NCBI GenBank assembly: GCA_963829525.1
Contig: CAWHIJ010000003.1
Span: 1,888,001-1,952,000 of the forward strand
Reading direction: 5' to 3'
Source of the DNA: an uncultured Actinomycetota bacterium
GTDB taxonomy: Bacteria > Actinomycetota > Actinomycetes > JAHEKZ01
Length of the DNA: 64,000 nt
In this document: positions 48,725-59,332 of the stretch, piece after piece
Layout of the letters: each line of letters begins with the position of its first letter
Numbering within the stretch: position 1 is the stretch's first letter
Translations under genes and position numbers: made by a program
The notes under the pieces: model-generated
Database searches by the model: none
The model's input: the letters and a program-made list of their open reading frames with translations, nothing else
What the model was told of the DNA's origin: nothing

Positions 48725-49837
48725 CTAGCGCTTCTTCTTGGGCTTTCGTTTGGGTTGGTTGCGTGGGCCTCTTGTCGGTGAACTAGCTCCGACCCCGGCT
48801 ACCGCCACATCTGGTTCGGCCGATCCGTCGCCAGCGACACCGCCCTTGTCTGCGTCCCGCCCACCACCACGACGCGCGTTGACACGCTTGGCCAGAGCCT
48901 GCATGGCTGGCTCGCGTTCCTTCAGCTGGGCCAGAACGGGAGTCGCGATGAAGATGGACGAGTAGGTTCCCACTGCGATTCCCACGAAGAGAGCCAGTGC
49001 CAGGTCTTTCAACGTGCCCGCGCCGAGCACGTAGGCGCCGACGAAGAGCAGGCTCGCCACCGGCAGGAGACCAACAACAGAGGTGTTGATCGAGCGCACC
49101 AGAGTCTGGTTGACCGCAAGGTTGGCAGCCTCGCTGTACGTCATCCGGCTTGTGGCCTGAACCCCTCGGGTGTTCTCCTTCACCTTGTCGAAGACGACGA
49201 CGGTGTCGTAGAGCGAGTAACCCAAAATCGTCAGCACACCGATGACGGTGGCCGGTGTCACCTCGAAACCACTGAGCGAGTAGATGCCAACGGTGATGAA
49301 GACGTCATGGAACAGTGCGACTAGCGCCGCAATAGCCATCCGCCACTCGAAGGTGATCGAGAGATACACGACGATCAGCGCCAAGAACACCACGAGCCCG
49401 GTCAGAGCCTTCTGGGTGATTTGTTCGCCCCAGGAAGGACCGATGACCTGGGTTGATACGTCCTCGAGCGGCACATCACATGCCTTGGCGAGCGCCGTGC
49501 TCACCGCTCCCGTCTCAGCCGGCGTCAGGTCAACGGTCTGCACCTTGACCTGACGACCACTTGAACCCTTGAGCTCGGTGACGATCGGATCTCCCTCGGG
49601 GACCTCGGCTGCGGCGGCATCACGTGCCGTCGTGACCGAGCAGCTCTCGCTGGGTACCGCGAAGACAGCACCGCCGGAGAACTCGACACCGAACTTCAAG
49701 CCGTTGATCGCCAGCGATCCCAGGGCAATTAGCAGCAGCACCGCCGAGAGGATGTACCACTGCTTGGCGCGTCCCACGAAGTCGAACGAGACGTCCCCGC
49801 GGTAGAGGCTCGAGGTCAGGGTGTGAAAGCGATTCAT
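48725..49837 (-). CDS. secF: Protein translocase subunit SecF
   Basis: GVEFSGG, IGPSWG, GYSLYDTVVVFDKVKEN, RSINTS. Confidence 0.95.
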   Translation of the reverse strand: MNRFHTLTSSLYRGDVSFDFVGRAKQWYILSAVLLLIALGSLAINGLKFGVEFSGGAVFAVPSESCSVTTARDAAAAEVPEGDPIVTELKGSSGRQVKVQTVDLTPAETGAVSTALAKACDVPLEDVSTQVIGPSWGEQITQKALTGLVVFLALIVVYLSITFEWRMAIAALVALFHDVFITVGIYSLSGFEVTPATVIGVLTILGYSLYDTVVVFDKVKENTRGVQATSRMTYSEAANLAVNQTLVRSINTSVVGLLPVASLLFVGAYVLGAGTLKDLALALFVGIAVGTYSSIFIATPVLAQLKEREPAMQALAKRVNARRGGGRDADKGGVAGDGSAEPDVAVAGVGASSPTRGPRNQPKRKPKKKR

Positions 49838-49838
49838 G

Positions 49839-51584
49839 TCAGGCCTCCTGCACTGTTCGCCGACCCGGCTTACCAGGAGTCTGCGGCCGGGACTTGGCTC
49901 CGAGTCGCTCCGGAGACAGCCCCGACCACTTGCTTCCACTGCTGAAGAACTTCGTGCGAGCCAGCAGCGTGACCAGCGGCTTGGTGAAGAGGAACACCAC
50001 CAGCAGGTCGATCAGCGTCGTGAGCCCAAGGGTGAAGGCGAAGCCTCGTACGCCACCGACAGAGAGAACCCAAAGAACCACCGCTGCAATCAACGAGATG
50101 AAGTCAGCCGCAATGATGGTGCGTCTGGCCCTCACCCAGCCGGTCTCCAGCGCCGTTCGAATGGAGCGGCCGTCGCGAACTTCGTCACGTATTCGCTCGA
50201 AGTAGACGATGAACGAGTCGGCGGTGATTCCGATCGCGACGATCAGGCCGGCCACTCCCGCGAGGGTGAGGGTGAAGTTCAGCGTTTCGCCCAAGATGAC
50301 GACTGCCCCGTAGGTCAGCAGCCCAGCGATGATGAGGCTGAAGACCGCAACCAGAGCCAGCGCTCGGTAGTAGAGGAGCAGATAGATCACGACCAGCGCC
50401 AGCCCGAGTGCGCCGGCAATCAGTCCGGCTCGTAGCTGGTCCTCACCCAGTGTCGGCGAGATCGTGTTCCGCTCGCCGATCTCGAAGGTCAGTGGCAGGG
50501 CACCGAACTTCAAGACGTTGGCGAGGTCTTGCGCCTCTTGCTGGGTGAACTGACCGGTGATCTGCGCCTGACCGCCTGGGATCGCCTCGTTGACACCGGG
50601 GGCCGAGACCACGATGCCGTCCAGGACGATGGCAAATCGGTTGCCGGGTGAGTCTTGCGGCTGAGCGGCCATCTCAGCAGTGATCTGACCGAACGACTTG
50701 GTGCCTGTGCTGTTGAAGTCCAGGCTCACGATCCAACCAGCTGTGTTCTGGGAGAGGTTGGCCTGCGCCGAGTCGACGTCTGAACCAGGCACGGCTACCG
50801 GAGCGAGCAGGAACTTCTCAGTGCCGTTGCGGTCGCACGCGATGGCCGGTGCGTCGTCGGCGAACTGCGCGCCAACACTCTTCTGCTTGGGGTCGGAGCA
50901 GTCGAGCTGGGCGTACTGCTGTTGCAGCTCTGGCGGGACGTCAGAAGCCGCCGGCGCTCCAGGTGCCGGGGTCGGGACGGGCGCGCCCGTCGACTGCGGC
51001 GTCGGGCTGGCTGACGGGTTCTTGTCGGTCTTGTCGGTCTTGCCGGTCACGGCGCTCGTTGTCGAGCTGTTCGGGCCGAGCCTCGGCGTCAAGGCGCCGT
51101 TGCCACCACCTTGTTGGCTGGAGTTCTTCTTCTTGTCTTTTGTCCCCGAACCCTCCGTGGTACTCGGGGTGGGTGTCGGTGCCGGGGCGACGGCCGGTTG
51201 CGCGTCCAGGACGGGACGGAACCCAAGTTGCGCCGTCTGACCGAGCTGTTGGACCAGGTCGTTCTCGGTGAGCCCGGGGACGGACACGACAATGACGGCC
51301 TGGTCACCGCTGCCCTGCGCTGCCACCTCTGCCTCGGCGACACCGGCACCGTTGACGCGAGCAGAGATGATGTCAACAGCCTCGTTGATCGAGTCGTCGG
51401 TGATCTGCCCCTTCTCGCCGGGCGCCGGGGAGGGCACCAAAGTGACCGTCGTACCGCCCTGCAGGTCCAGACCCAGCTTGGGAGTGGTGGCGCCCTTCCA
51501 GGCCATCCAGCCGCCCATGGCGATCGCGATGACCAGCAGCACCATCAGGGCACGCCCGGGTCGCCCACTGGTGGGAGTTGCCAC
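49839..51584 (-). CDS. secD: Protein translocase subunit SecD
   Basis: LGLDLQGG, FAIVLDG, ISPTLG, ADSFIVYFERIRDE. Confidence 0.95.
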   Translation of the reverse strand: MATPTSGRPGRALMVLLVIAIAMGGWMAWKGATTPKLGLDLQGGTTVTLVPSPAPGEKGQITDDSINEAVDIISARVNGAGVAEAEVAAQGSGDQAVIVVSVPGLTENDLVQQLGQTAQLGFRPVLDAQPAVAPAPTPTPSTTEGSGTKDKKKNSSQQGGGNGALTPRLGPNSSTTSAVTGKTDKTDKNPSASPTPQSTGAPVPTPAPGAPAASDVPPELQQQYAQLDCSDPKQKSVGAQFADDAPAIACDRNGTEKFLLAPVAVPGSDVDSAQANLSQNTAGWIVSLDFNSTGTKSFGQITAEMAAQPQDSPGNRFAIVLDGIVVSAPGVNEAIPGGQAQITGQFTQQEAQDLANVLKFGALPLTFEIGERNTISPTLGEDQLRAGLIAGALGLALVVIYLLLYYRALALVAVFSLIIAGLLTYGAVVILGETLNFTLTLAGVAGLIVAIGITADSFIVYFERIRDEVRDGRSIRTALETGWVRARRTIIAADFISLIAAVVLWVLSVGGVRGFAFTLGLTTLIDLLVVFLFTKPLVTLLARTKFFSSGSKWSGLSPERLGAKSRPQTPGKPGRRTVQEA

Positions 51585-51706
51585 GTCAATCCTCCGGCTC
51601 AGCTCTCGGAACGAGGTGCCGTAGTCGGCCCCCGATCAGCGCCGCTCAGAACGCGGCATCAGCACAGGAAGTATCCCCGACGCCAGACCGTTCCCGGGCC
51701 CCAGGG

Positions 51707-51988
51707 TCACAGAGGGCGCGGCGTGTCGCCTTCTTCGCCGAGAACCCGTCCGATCGCGCGACGGTCGAAGCGCAGCTGGACACCCGGAGCCGCGAGCAGG
51801 GTCGCATCGGTATCGCTGAGGGCGGTGATGGTGCCGTAGAGCCCGCTGGTCGTCACGACCTCCTGCCCGACCTGCAGGCTGGCGGCGAGGACCGCGACCT
51901 GCTGGGTGCGCCGCTGTTGTCCGCGGATCAACAGCCACAATCCGATCAGCGGAAGGGCGATGACAGCAAGGAGGATCACGTCGCCCAT
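51707..51988 (-). CDS. yajC: Preprotein translocase subunit YajC
   Basis: TM helix followed by LQVGQEVVTTSGLYGTI; upstream of secD. Confidence 0.9.
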   Translation of the reverse strand: MGDVILLAVIALPLIGLWLLIRGQQRRTQQVAVLAASLQVGQEVVTTSGLYGTITALSDTDATLLAAPGVQLRFDRRAIGRVLGEEGDTPRPL

Positions 51989-52025
51989 GGTCGGTTCGCC
52001 TCTCTCAGTCAGGTCGTCGGACCGG

Positions 52026-52090
52026 TTCGGTCAGTCAGCTCAGTTAGCTCAGTCAGTTCAATCAATCAGTTCGGTCGGTCAACTCGGTGT
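52026..52090. repeat. Degenerate short tandem repeat (TCAGT/TCGGT units) spanning the ruvB stop
   Basis: TTCGGTCAGTCAGCTCAGTTAGCTCAGTCAGTTCAATCAATCAGTTCGGTCGGTCAACTCGGT. Confidence 0.6.
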
Positions 52091-53165
52091 CTTCGGTCGG
52101 GTCGAACAGCGACGCGTGCGCCGCACCACCTGTCGGCTGCGCCATCCCCAGATGCTGCCATGCAGCGGGGGTCGCGATCCGGCCGCGGGGGGTTCTCGCC
52201 AGCAGTCCGGCTCTGACGAGATATGGCTCGGCGACCTCTTCGACGGTCTCGCGTTCCTCGCCCACCGCAACGGCCAGGGTGCCAAGGCCGACCGGGCCAC
52301 CGCCGAACTTCCGCACCAGAGCCTCCAGCACCGAGCGGTCGAGCCGGTCGAGGCCGAGAGCATCGACGTCGTAGATGGTCAGCGCAGCCTTGGCGGTCGC
52401 GAGGTCGACGACGCCGTTGCCGCGTACCTCCGCGAAGTCACGCACGCGTCGGAGCAGCCGGTTGGCTACGCGCGGCGTGCCACGCGAGCGGCCAGCAATC
52501 TCGACAGCACCGTCCGGCTCGAGCGGCACCTCCAGGAGCTCAGCGGAGCGCACCAGGATCGAGGTCAGCTCGTCGGGCTCGTAGAAGTCGAGGTGCGCGG
52601 TGAAGCCGAATCGGTCGCGCAGCGGACCGGGCAGCAGACCTGCTCTGGTGGTGGCCCCGACCAACGTGAACGGCGGCAGATCGAGCGGGATGGCCGTTGC
52701 CCCCGGGCCTTTCCCGACGACGACGTCGACTCGGAAGTCCTCCATCGCCAGGTAGAGCATCTCCTCAGCTGGCCTGGCCATCCGATGGATCTCGTCGAGG
52801 AAGAGCACCTCTCCTTCGGTAAGCGAGGAGAGCACGGCCGCGAGGTCGCCGGCGTGCTGAATGGCTGGGCCACTGGAGATACGCAGCGGCTGGTTGATCT
52901 CAGCGGCGATGATCATCGCCAGAGTCGTCTTGCCGAGCCCTGGAGGGCCTGACAGCAGGACGTGGTCGGGCGCAGACCCCCGTCCGGATGCCGCGGACAG
53001 CACGAGACCGAGCTGCTCGCGCACCCGGGTCTGACCGACGAACTCGGCCAGGTGCTTGGGGCGAAGCGCTGCGTCGATGGCACCCTCGTCGATCTGGACC
53101 TTGGGGTCGACGAGATCGGCGGTCTCCGGACCACCGGCCGACCCGTCACCGTCCGCTGCGCTCAT
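52062..53165 (-). CDS. ruvB: Holliday junction helicase RuvB
   Basis: [34 protein letters not shown]. Confidence 0.97.
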   Translation of the reverse strand: MSAADGDGSAGGPETADLVDPKVQIDEGAIDAALRPKHLAEFVGQTRVREQLGLVLSAASGRGSAPDHVLLSGPPGLGKTTLAMIIAAEINQPLRISSGPAIQHAGDLAAVLSSLTEGEVLFLDEIHRMARPAEEMLYLAMEDFRVDVVVGKGPGATAIPLDLPPFTLVGATTRAGLLPGPLRDRFGFTAHLDFYEPDELTSILVRSAELLEVPLEPDGAVEIAGRSRGTPRVANRLLRRVRDFAEVRGNGVVDLATAKAALTIYDVDALGLDRLDRSVLEALVRKFGGGPVGLGTLAVAVGEERETVEEVAEPYLVRAGLLARTPRGRIATPAAWQHLGMAQPTGGAAHASLFDPTEDTELTDRTD

Positions 53166-53821
53166 CGACCGGCCACCGAGCTGGTCACCGAGCTGGCAAC
53201 CTGGCGGCCCATCGCTTGCAGGGCAGACCTCAGGAGAAGGGCTACGTCGGTCTCCGCTGCCGCGTCCCCGAACTCTTCAGCGACGGCGCTGAGCGCGGTG
53301 TCTGCGTCCCGCGTACTCCAACCGAGCCCGACCAGTGCTGCGTGCACCTGCGGCTGCCAGCCACCCACGGCTCCCCCGGCTGTGGCCGTCGTTGCACCAC
53401 CACCGGCCGCACCGATGGCCGGGGCGCCCAGCTTGTCCTTGAGTTCGAGGACAAGCCGCTGGGCACCCTTCTTGCCGATCCCAGGAACTTGGGTGAGAGC
53501 AACAACGTCTTCCGATGCCACGATCTGCCGCAGCGCGTCCGGTCGGAGTGTGGCGACGATCGCCTGAGCCACGCGCGGCCCGACGCCACTGACTGTCTGG
53601 ACAATCTCGAAGACCGCTCGTTCGTCGGCGTCGGTGAAGCCGTAGAGGGTGAGGGAGTCTTCCCGGACGACCAGCGACGTATGGACCGTGGCTTCTTCGC
53701 CGCGTCTGAGGCCGGCGGCTGTCACTGGCGTGCATTGGATGGCAAGACCAAGGCCACCTACCTCGATCACCGCGACGTCTGCCGAGATGTCGAGCACCAC
53801 CCCGCGGACCGATGCGATCAT
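53162..53821 (-). CDS. ruvA: Holliday junction branch migration protein RuvA
   Basis: [37 protein letters not shown]. Confidence 0.95.
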   Translation of the reverse strand: MIASVRGVVLDISADVAVIEVGGLGLAIQCTPVTAAGLRRGEEATVHTSLVVREDSLTLYGFTDADERAVFEIVQTVSGVGPRVAQAIVATLRPDALRQIVASEDVVALTQVPGIGKKGAQRLVLELKDKLGAPAIGAAGGGATTATAGGAVGGWQPQVHAALVGLGWSTRDADTALSAVAEEFGDAAAETDVALLLRSALQAMGRQVASSVTSSVAGR

Positions 53822-54376
53822 CGGGGACGTCCCGGAGCGGTGGCGGTCCGATGGGCAGCACCTTGGCCTGACGCCGCCACGGCATCGAGCAAGTCGAGAC
53901 TGCGCCGAACCACGCCAGACGTGGCAGATGGCCAGCGCCAATGCGTCGGCGGCGTCGGCGGGTTTCGGTGCCTCGGTGAGACCCAGAAGCCGAGCCACCA
54001 TGGCCCCGACCTGAGCCTTGTCGGCCCTGCCGTGGCCGGTGACCGAAGCCTTGACCTCGCTCGGAGTGTGCAGAGCGACGGGAAGCCCTCTGCGCGCTGC
54101 GGCAGCGAGGACGACACCGCTGACCTGGGCGACGCCCATCACGGTGCGCACGTTGTGCTGGCTGAAGACACGCTCGACGGCGACGGCGTCTGGCTGCGTG
54201 GCGTCCAACACCAGATTGACCGCGGCCTCGATGGCCAGCAAGCGTTGCTCGAGGGGCGCATCCGGTGAGGTCTTGGCGACGGAGACCTCAACCAAGGTAA
54301 GCCGCCGGCCTGGAGCACCGTCGACCACTCCCAAACCGCAACGGGTCAGACCGGGGTCGACGCCGAGCACGCGCAC
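53818..54376 (-). CDS. ruvC: Crossover junction endonuclease RuvC (probable 1-nt indel near 53890)
   Basis: [38 protein letters not shown]. The alternative-frame stop at 53818 overlaps the ruvA start as ATGA. Confidence 0.92.
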
Positions 54377-54407
54377 TGATCTCCTCCTGCCGGTCGACCT
54401 CAACGCC

Positions 54408-54421
54408 CGAACACCTGTTCG
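54408..54421. promoter_or_regulatory. LexA (SOS) box upstream of ruvCAB
   Basis: CGAAC-ACCT-GTTCG matches the Gram-positive/actinobacterial CGAAC-N4-GTTCG consensus; a TAGCGT -10 is adjacent on the minus strand (54432-54427). Confidence 0.85.
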
Positions 54422-54487
54422 ACCGAACGCTACCTGGCGTTCCGATATCGGAGACGACGACACGCGTGGCGGACCCGACCGACTCGC

Positions 54488-54815
54488 TTATGACACCCGG
54501 CCCTGTTCTGACGTCGTGACGACCGGTTGCTCTGCCTTGGCGCGGATGCCCAGCAGCATCCGCCTCATCATCGGGAAGTCGCCGACCTCCATGAGCGGTG
54601 CGGCGGGTGGCGGCGAACGCCGACGTTGCCAGGAGGCTGTCCCCGGGCATCTCGCCGTGGACCTCGGCATCGGTCGCCCCCCATCGCAGGTGCCACCTTC
54701 GGTACTGCGCTGCCAGTGACACCGAGAGCACGGCTGCAGCGACTACCGCAAGTCTTCGACCCACGACGCCAGGTAATCCGCGGTGCGAGCCGGATGATCC
54801 GAAGCTGCCCGACAA
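54488..54815 (-). pseudogene. Internally deleted remnant of an SRPBCC-like 'RWGAT...PGD' family gene
   Basis: N-terminal HLRWGATDAEVHGEMPGDSLL...ATR is joined out of frame directly to a C-terminal MEVGDFPMMRRMLLGIRAKAE; the middle of the protein is missing. Confidence 0.55.
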
Positions 54816-54854
54816 AGCCCCATGGCGTGCAGAGGTCCGTGCTGCGGAGCATTC

Positions 54855-55883
54855 TCACCGCTCGTGTTGCGCCTCTGGTCGAAGCACGCGCAACCCCGCA
54901 AGACTCACCAGCGGGTTGCTTCGGCGCCGTCCGGATGGACCCCAGTCGGCATAGCTGTGACCGCTGGCCACCCGATCGGCCGAGGGGGCGATGCGCTGCT
55001 CCAGCGGGAAGCCGCCGTCGGGGAGTCGCTTGGCCTCGAGCAACGCAAGCGCATCGGCGCACCGAGGGTCGCTGAGCCGCCCCAGCTCATCCATCACCTG
55101 CAGCGCGAAGAGCACGTCGAAGAACTGGATGGGGTAGCGGATCCGATCCGGACGACCGCCCCATCCGGGCATGATCAAGCGGCCATCGCTCAGGCGCCAC
55201 AACAGCCGCCGGGAGAGCATGAGCTCGGAGGCTCTCATCGCGGCATCGATGGCACGCTCGTATCCGTGCACCCGCCCGTACGCCCACAGACCCCGCACCG
55301 GGATGAGCGTCTCTTGGAAGGACGATGTGGTGGCCTCCAGACGCTTGTCGCAGTTCCAGCCCCCGTCTGGCCACTGCCAGTCGATCAGCCTGTCGACAGC
55401 TGAGCGAGTGCGCTCGTCCTCCACTCCGAGCCGGACCGAGTACCAGATCGCATTGCCGTCCATTGACGCGCAGTGGCGAACGCGATCCTCCTGGCCCGGG
55501 TAGACCGCGGTCAGAGGCGGTTCCTGGAAGTGCTTGGAGAAGAGCCAGTCATAGACGCAGCGCACCAACGGCCGCAGCGCCTCGTCGCCGGGCGGGTAGT
55601 CGATCGTGGCCAGACACGCCAGCGTCCAGTGCGGACCCTGCCACTTCCGGTACACGTGGTGAAGGGTCTTCTCGTCCTGCTCGAAGACCCGTAGCAGCGC
55701 CCGGGCGGTGGGCGAGCCGGCGATCTGCGCCCGCAGGCCGCGCACTTCCGCTGACCCGGGGGAATCGCCCGTCAGGAGCCTGGCCTTGTAGGCCACAACC
55801 GGATCATCGGATCCGCACAGCCTCTCGATGAGGTGCTGGGACCCCGCTGCCTGCCGCCCGGTGATGTCGGAGGCCTCGTCCAT
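54855..55883 (-). CDS. Hypothetical protein with prenyltransferase/squalene-cyclase-like (alpha-toroid) repeats
   Basis: YRKWQGPHWTL, QWPDGGWNC and KRLPDGGFP QW-type repeats; start taken as ATG 55883. Confidence 0.65.
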   Translation of the reverse strand: MDEASDITGRQAAGSQHLIERLCGSDDPVVAYKARLLTGDSPGSAEVRGLRAQIAGSPTARALLRVFEQDEKTLHHVYRKWQGPHWTLACLATIDYPPGDEALRPLVRCVYDWLFSKHFQEPPLTAVYPGQEDRVRHCASMDGNAIWYSVRLGVEDERTRSAVDRLIDWQWPDGGWNCDKRLEATTSSFQETLIPVRGLWAYGRVHGYERAIDAAMRASELMLSRRLLWRLSDGRLIMPGWGGRPDRIRYPIQFFDVLFALQVMDELGRLSDPRCADALALLEAKRLPDGGFPLEQRIAPSADRVASGHSYADWGPSGRRRSNPLVSLAGLRVLRPEAQHER

Positions 55884-56035
55884 ACCCGATGGTAGCGACG
55901 TCACACGTGGCCACCAGGCGAAGTGCACGGAGCAGCCCCCGGACGTCATGTGAGCCCAGATCTCCCCAACCTTCACAGTCGTGGCTCTCACGATGCATGT
56001 GCACTGGCGGGTCCCCGCGCAACGGGAGATTGGCC

Positions 56036-56057
56036 TGTCGGACCCTTCGTCTAGCGT
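56036..56057 (+). promoter_or_regulatory. PafBC-type (RecA-NDp) DNA-damage promoter
   Basis: TGTCGG-N10-TAGCGT matches TGTCGG-N10-TANNNT. Confidence 0.7.
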
Positions 56058-56175
56058 TGGGGTTGTGTTCGACGCCGGGATGTGAGACCCGAGCACAGGG
56101 TGGTTCACGGAGACTGCACCACTGACGAGATCCCCGGCATCACCCATCGTCTTCTGGTTGTGGAGGTCTCCTGTC

Positions 56176-57540
56176 GTGCTCCCCATCCCGGTGCTGCCAC
56201 CGGCGGTTGCTGGTGTCCTGGCCGACACCCGCGCGCTCGCGGCTGTGCAGCCGGTGCCGGCCCGTGGGCCGGTGACGGCTGAGGAGCGGGCGGCGTGGCT
56301 GGCCGGGCTGCGACTGGTCATCGACGCCGCCGAGGCGGCGTTCACCACCGTGCTGGCTGACTTCGACGCCAACGGTGACGGCGCAGGTGCTGCACGCCGC
56401 CGCCTCGACCCAGGCGTGGCTCCGCGGCGCGCTCGGGATGGCCGCTGGTGAGGCGTCCGAACGGGTCCGGATCGCCCGCACCGCCGGCGACCTGCTGGCC
56501 GCACCGGTCGCCGCCCTCGTGGCAGAACCGCGCAGGGACGAGTCGCCGGGCCCGACCCTGGACGGCTCAGGGCTTGACGGCTCAGGGAAGGCGCGGACCC
56601 AACCGAGGTCACCTGTCGTACGAGCACCTCCGTACCATTCACCGCACGGCCCGCGCCTTGCCTCCCTCCGCCCGGCCCGACGGTGTCGGCGTCCTGACCG
56701 GGCTCGGCACCCAGCTCGAGCGTCGACGACCTGCGCAGCGCCGGGCGACACCTGCGCCACGTCATCGACCCCGACGGCTCGGCCCGGCACGCCGAGGAGG
56801 ACTTCGGACGCCGCTGGCTCAGCCTCGCGCCGATGCTCGACGGCATGCACTCCATCGACGGCATCCTCGACGCGGAAACGGCCGCGGGGCTGTCCGACCG
56901 CTCTGGCCCCGTTCCTCGTCCCCAGCGGCCCCGATGACACCCGCACCGTCAGACCAGCGCCGGGCCGACGGCCTCGCCGAGATCGTCGCCGTTGCGGTGC
57001 GCTCCGGTGCAGCTGCCGACCCTGTCAGGAGCGACCACCGCCCTGCAGGTCGAGGTCGACCTCGCGACCCTGACCGGCGACCAGCCCCACCCCGCGCGCA
57101 TCCCGGGCACGACCGGTACGCCCACGTGGCTCACCCCCGAAGCCGCAAGCCGCCTCGCCTGCGACACCACCGTCCGCCGGCTGCTCCTCGACCCGGACGG
57201 CATCCCCCTCAACCTCGGACGCGAGGTGCGCGTGTTCACCCCGGCCCAGCGACGCGCCCTCGCCACCCGCGACGGCGGATGCCGGTTCCCCGGCTGCGGC
57301 CGCCCACCGGTACACACCGACGCCCACCACCTCATCCCCTGGGCGCACGGCGGCCAGTCGAACCTCGACCAACGGCCTGCTCCTCTGCCGCCACCACCAC
57401 CGCACTGTCCATGAAGGTGGCTGGGTGATCCGGCCAGACCATCCCGCCCTGGGCGCCAACGGACACTCACCTTCCACGGGCCGACCGGCCAACGGCTGGT
57501 CTCTCCCCTGCCGGCAGCCCGCGCCGCACCTGGCCCCTGA
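56176..57540 (+). pseudogene. DUF222 / HNH endonuclease (13E12-repeat-like) gene with about six frameshifts
   Basis: STQAWLR, DPDG, QRRADGL, RLACD, LNLGREVRVFTPAQRRALATRDGGCRFPGC, DAHHLIPWAHGG and NGLLLCRHHH occur in successive frames. Confidence 0.75.
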
Positions 57541-57548
57541 GTGCCGGT

Positions 57549-57899
57549 GTGCCACGATCGCCACGTGTCTCCATCGATCGAGATCTCTCCTCGCACGGGC
57601 CACCCAACCCTGCCCTCGCCTCAGCCGTGACGGCCCTTCTCGCCCACCTCGAGGCGATCGCTGCCTCAGACTTCCAGGGCAAAGGGATCGGTGGCCGCAT
57701 GCTCGATCAGCTGATCGAAACAGCGCGGGCCACCGGGATCGAACAGCTGACCCTCGACGCCCGCGGCGACAACAGAGCAGCACACGCACTCTGGCGCTCA
57801 CGCGGCTTTGTCGAGTACGGCAGGATCGCGGATTTCGTCGCCGTCGGCGGCACACGCTACGACAAGACCTTCTGGGTGCTCGACCTACGCGCTGGCTAG
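57549..57899 (+). pseudogene. C-terminal fragment of a GNAT acetyltransferase
   Basis: DFQGKGIGGRML...LTLDARGDNRAAHALWRSRGF; no recognisable N-terminal half. Confidence 0.55.
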
Positions 57900-58645
57900 A
57901 CGACCTTCTCCATGACCTCGTCAGAGACGTCGAAGTTCGCCCAGACGTTCTGCACGTCGTCAGAATCCTCCAGCGCCTCAATCATCCGGAAGACCTTCCC
58001 GGCGCCGACCTCGTCCAATGGCACAACGACGCTCGGCACGAACGAGGCTTCGGCCGACTCGTAGTCGATGCCCGCTTCCTGCAGCGCTGAGCGCACCGCA
58101 ACGAGGTCTGTCGGTTCACTGACCACTTCGAAGGTCTCACCAAGGTCGTTGACCTCTTCGGCGCCGGCATCCAACACAGCAGTCAGCACGTCGTCCTCTG
58201 AGTGGCCCTCTTTGTCGACCAACACGATCCCTTTGCGCGTGAAGAGGTACGACACCGATCCGGGGTCGGCCATCGACCCGCCGTTGCGGGTCATCGCGAT
58301 CCGGACCTCCGAGGCCGCCCGGTTGCGGTTGTCGGTGAGGCACTCGATGAGAACGGCCACACCGCTTGGCCCATAGCCCTCGTACATGATCGTCTGCCAG
58401 TCAGCTCCACCAGCCTCGACACCAGAACCGCGCTTAACCGCACGGTCGATGTTGTCATTGGGAACCGACGTCCTCTTCGCCTTCTGGATGGCGTCGTAAA
58501 GCGTCGGGTTGCCGGCGGGGTCACCGCCGCCGGTGCGCGCAGCCACCTCGATGTTCTTGATCAACTTCGCGAACAGCTTGCCGCGCCGAGCGTCAACGAC
58601 GGCCTTCTTGTGCTTGGTGGTGGCCCATTTGGAGTGGCCGGACAT
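57896..58645 (-). CDS. yebC: YebC/PmpR family protein
   Basis: [33 protein letters not shown]. Confidence 0.95.
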   Translation of the reverse strand: MSGHSKWATTKHKKAVVDARRGKLFAKLIKNIEVAARTGGGDPAGNPTLYDAIQKAKRTSVPNDNIDRAVKRGSGVEAGGADWQTIMYEGYGPSGVAVLIECLTDNRNRAASEVRIAMTRNGGSMADPGSVSYLFTRKGIVLVDKEGHSEDDVLTAVLDAGAEEVNDLGETFEVVSEPTDLVAVRSALQEAGIDYESAEASFVPSVVVPLDEVGAGKVFRMIEALEDSDDVQNVWANFDVSDEVMEKVV

Positions 58646-58708
58646 TGCTCGCTCCTCAAGGTGCTGCTCGAACGGTTCACAGGTCGGACGTTCATTGGTG
58701 CTGTTGAC

Positions 58709-59332
58709 TCAGCCGGCCTCGCGCACCATCGACACGAAGTACTCGTGAATCCGGTGGTCTCCGGTGAGCTCTGGGTGGAACGACGTGGCCAGCACTCGGC
58801 CTTGTCGAACCGCAACGACTCTACCCGCGGCCGGCCCCGACTCGACATGGCCGAGGACCTCGACCCCGTCGCCCACCGACTCGACCCAGGGCGCGCGGAT
58901 GAAGACCGCATGGACCGGAGGACCGACAAGGACCGGCATGGCCAGGTCCGCCTCGAATGAGTCGACCTGGCGTCCGAAGGCGTTCCGGCGCACCACCATG
59001 TCGACGCCGCCAATCGTCTGCTGATCGGGCCGGCCCCCTTCGAGCCGGTCGGCAAGCATGATCATCCCTGCGCATGAGCCGTACATAGGCAGGCCGGACG
59101 CCTGCGCGTCACGGAGCGGAGCGATGAGGCCGAAGTCGACGGCAAGCTTGCTCATCGTGGTCGACTCGCCGCCGGGGATCACCAGGGCGTCGACAACCAT
59201 GAGCTCGTCAGGCGTGCGCACCCGCGCGGTCCTGGCGCCACACGACTTCAGGGCCTGCTCGTGCTCGCGCACGTCCCCCTGGAGGGCGAGGACTCCGATC
59301 AGCGGCGCGCCAGCGGGAACTGCTGCCGTCAC
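58709..59332 (-). CDS. pdxT: Pyridoxal 5'-phosphate synthase glutaminase subunit
   Basis: [34 protein letters not shown]. Confidence 0.95.
   Translation of the reverse strand: MTAAVPAGAPLIGVLALQGDVREHEQALKSCGARTARVRTPDELMVVDALVIPGGESTTMSKLAVDFGLIAPLRDAQASGLPMYGSCAGMIMLADRLEGGRPDQQTIGGVDMVVRRNAFGRQVDSFEADLAMPVLVGPPVHAVFIRAPWVESVGDGVEVLGHVESGPAAGRVVAVRQGRVLATSFHPELTGDHRIHEYFVSMVREAG

Noticed and set aside
53162-54463. Apparent RuvC-RuvA fusion ORF (433 aa)
   Set aside because: An alternative frame ends RuvC at 53818 with an ATGA overlap on the ruvA start, the normal coupling. A single indel near 53890 explains the fusion.
55884-56864. N-terminal 326 aa of the 669-aa minus-strand ORF
   Set aside because: It is the antisense shadow of the DUF222 gene and its promoter; only the part from ATG 55883 looks protein-like.
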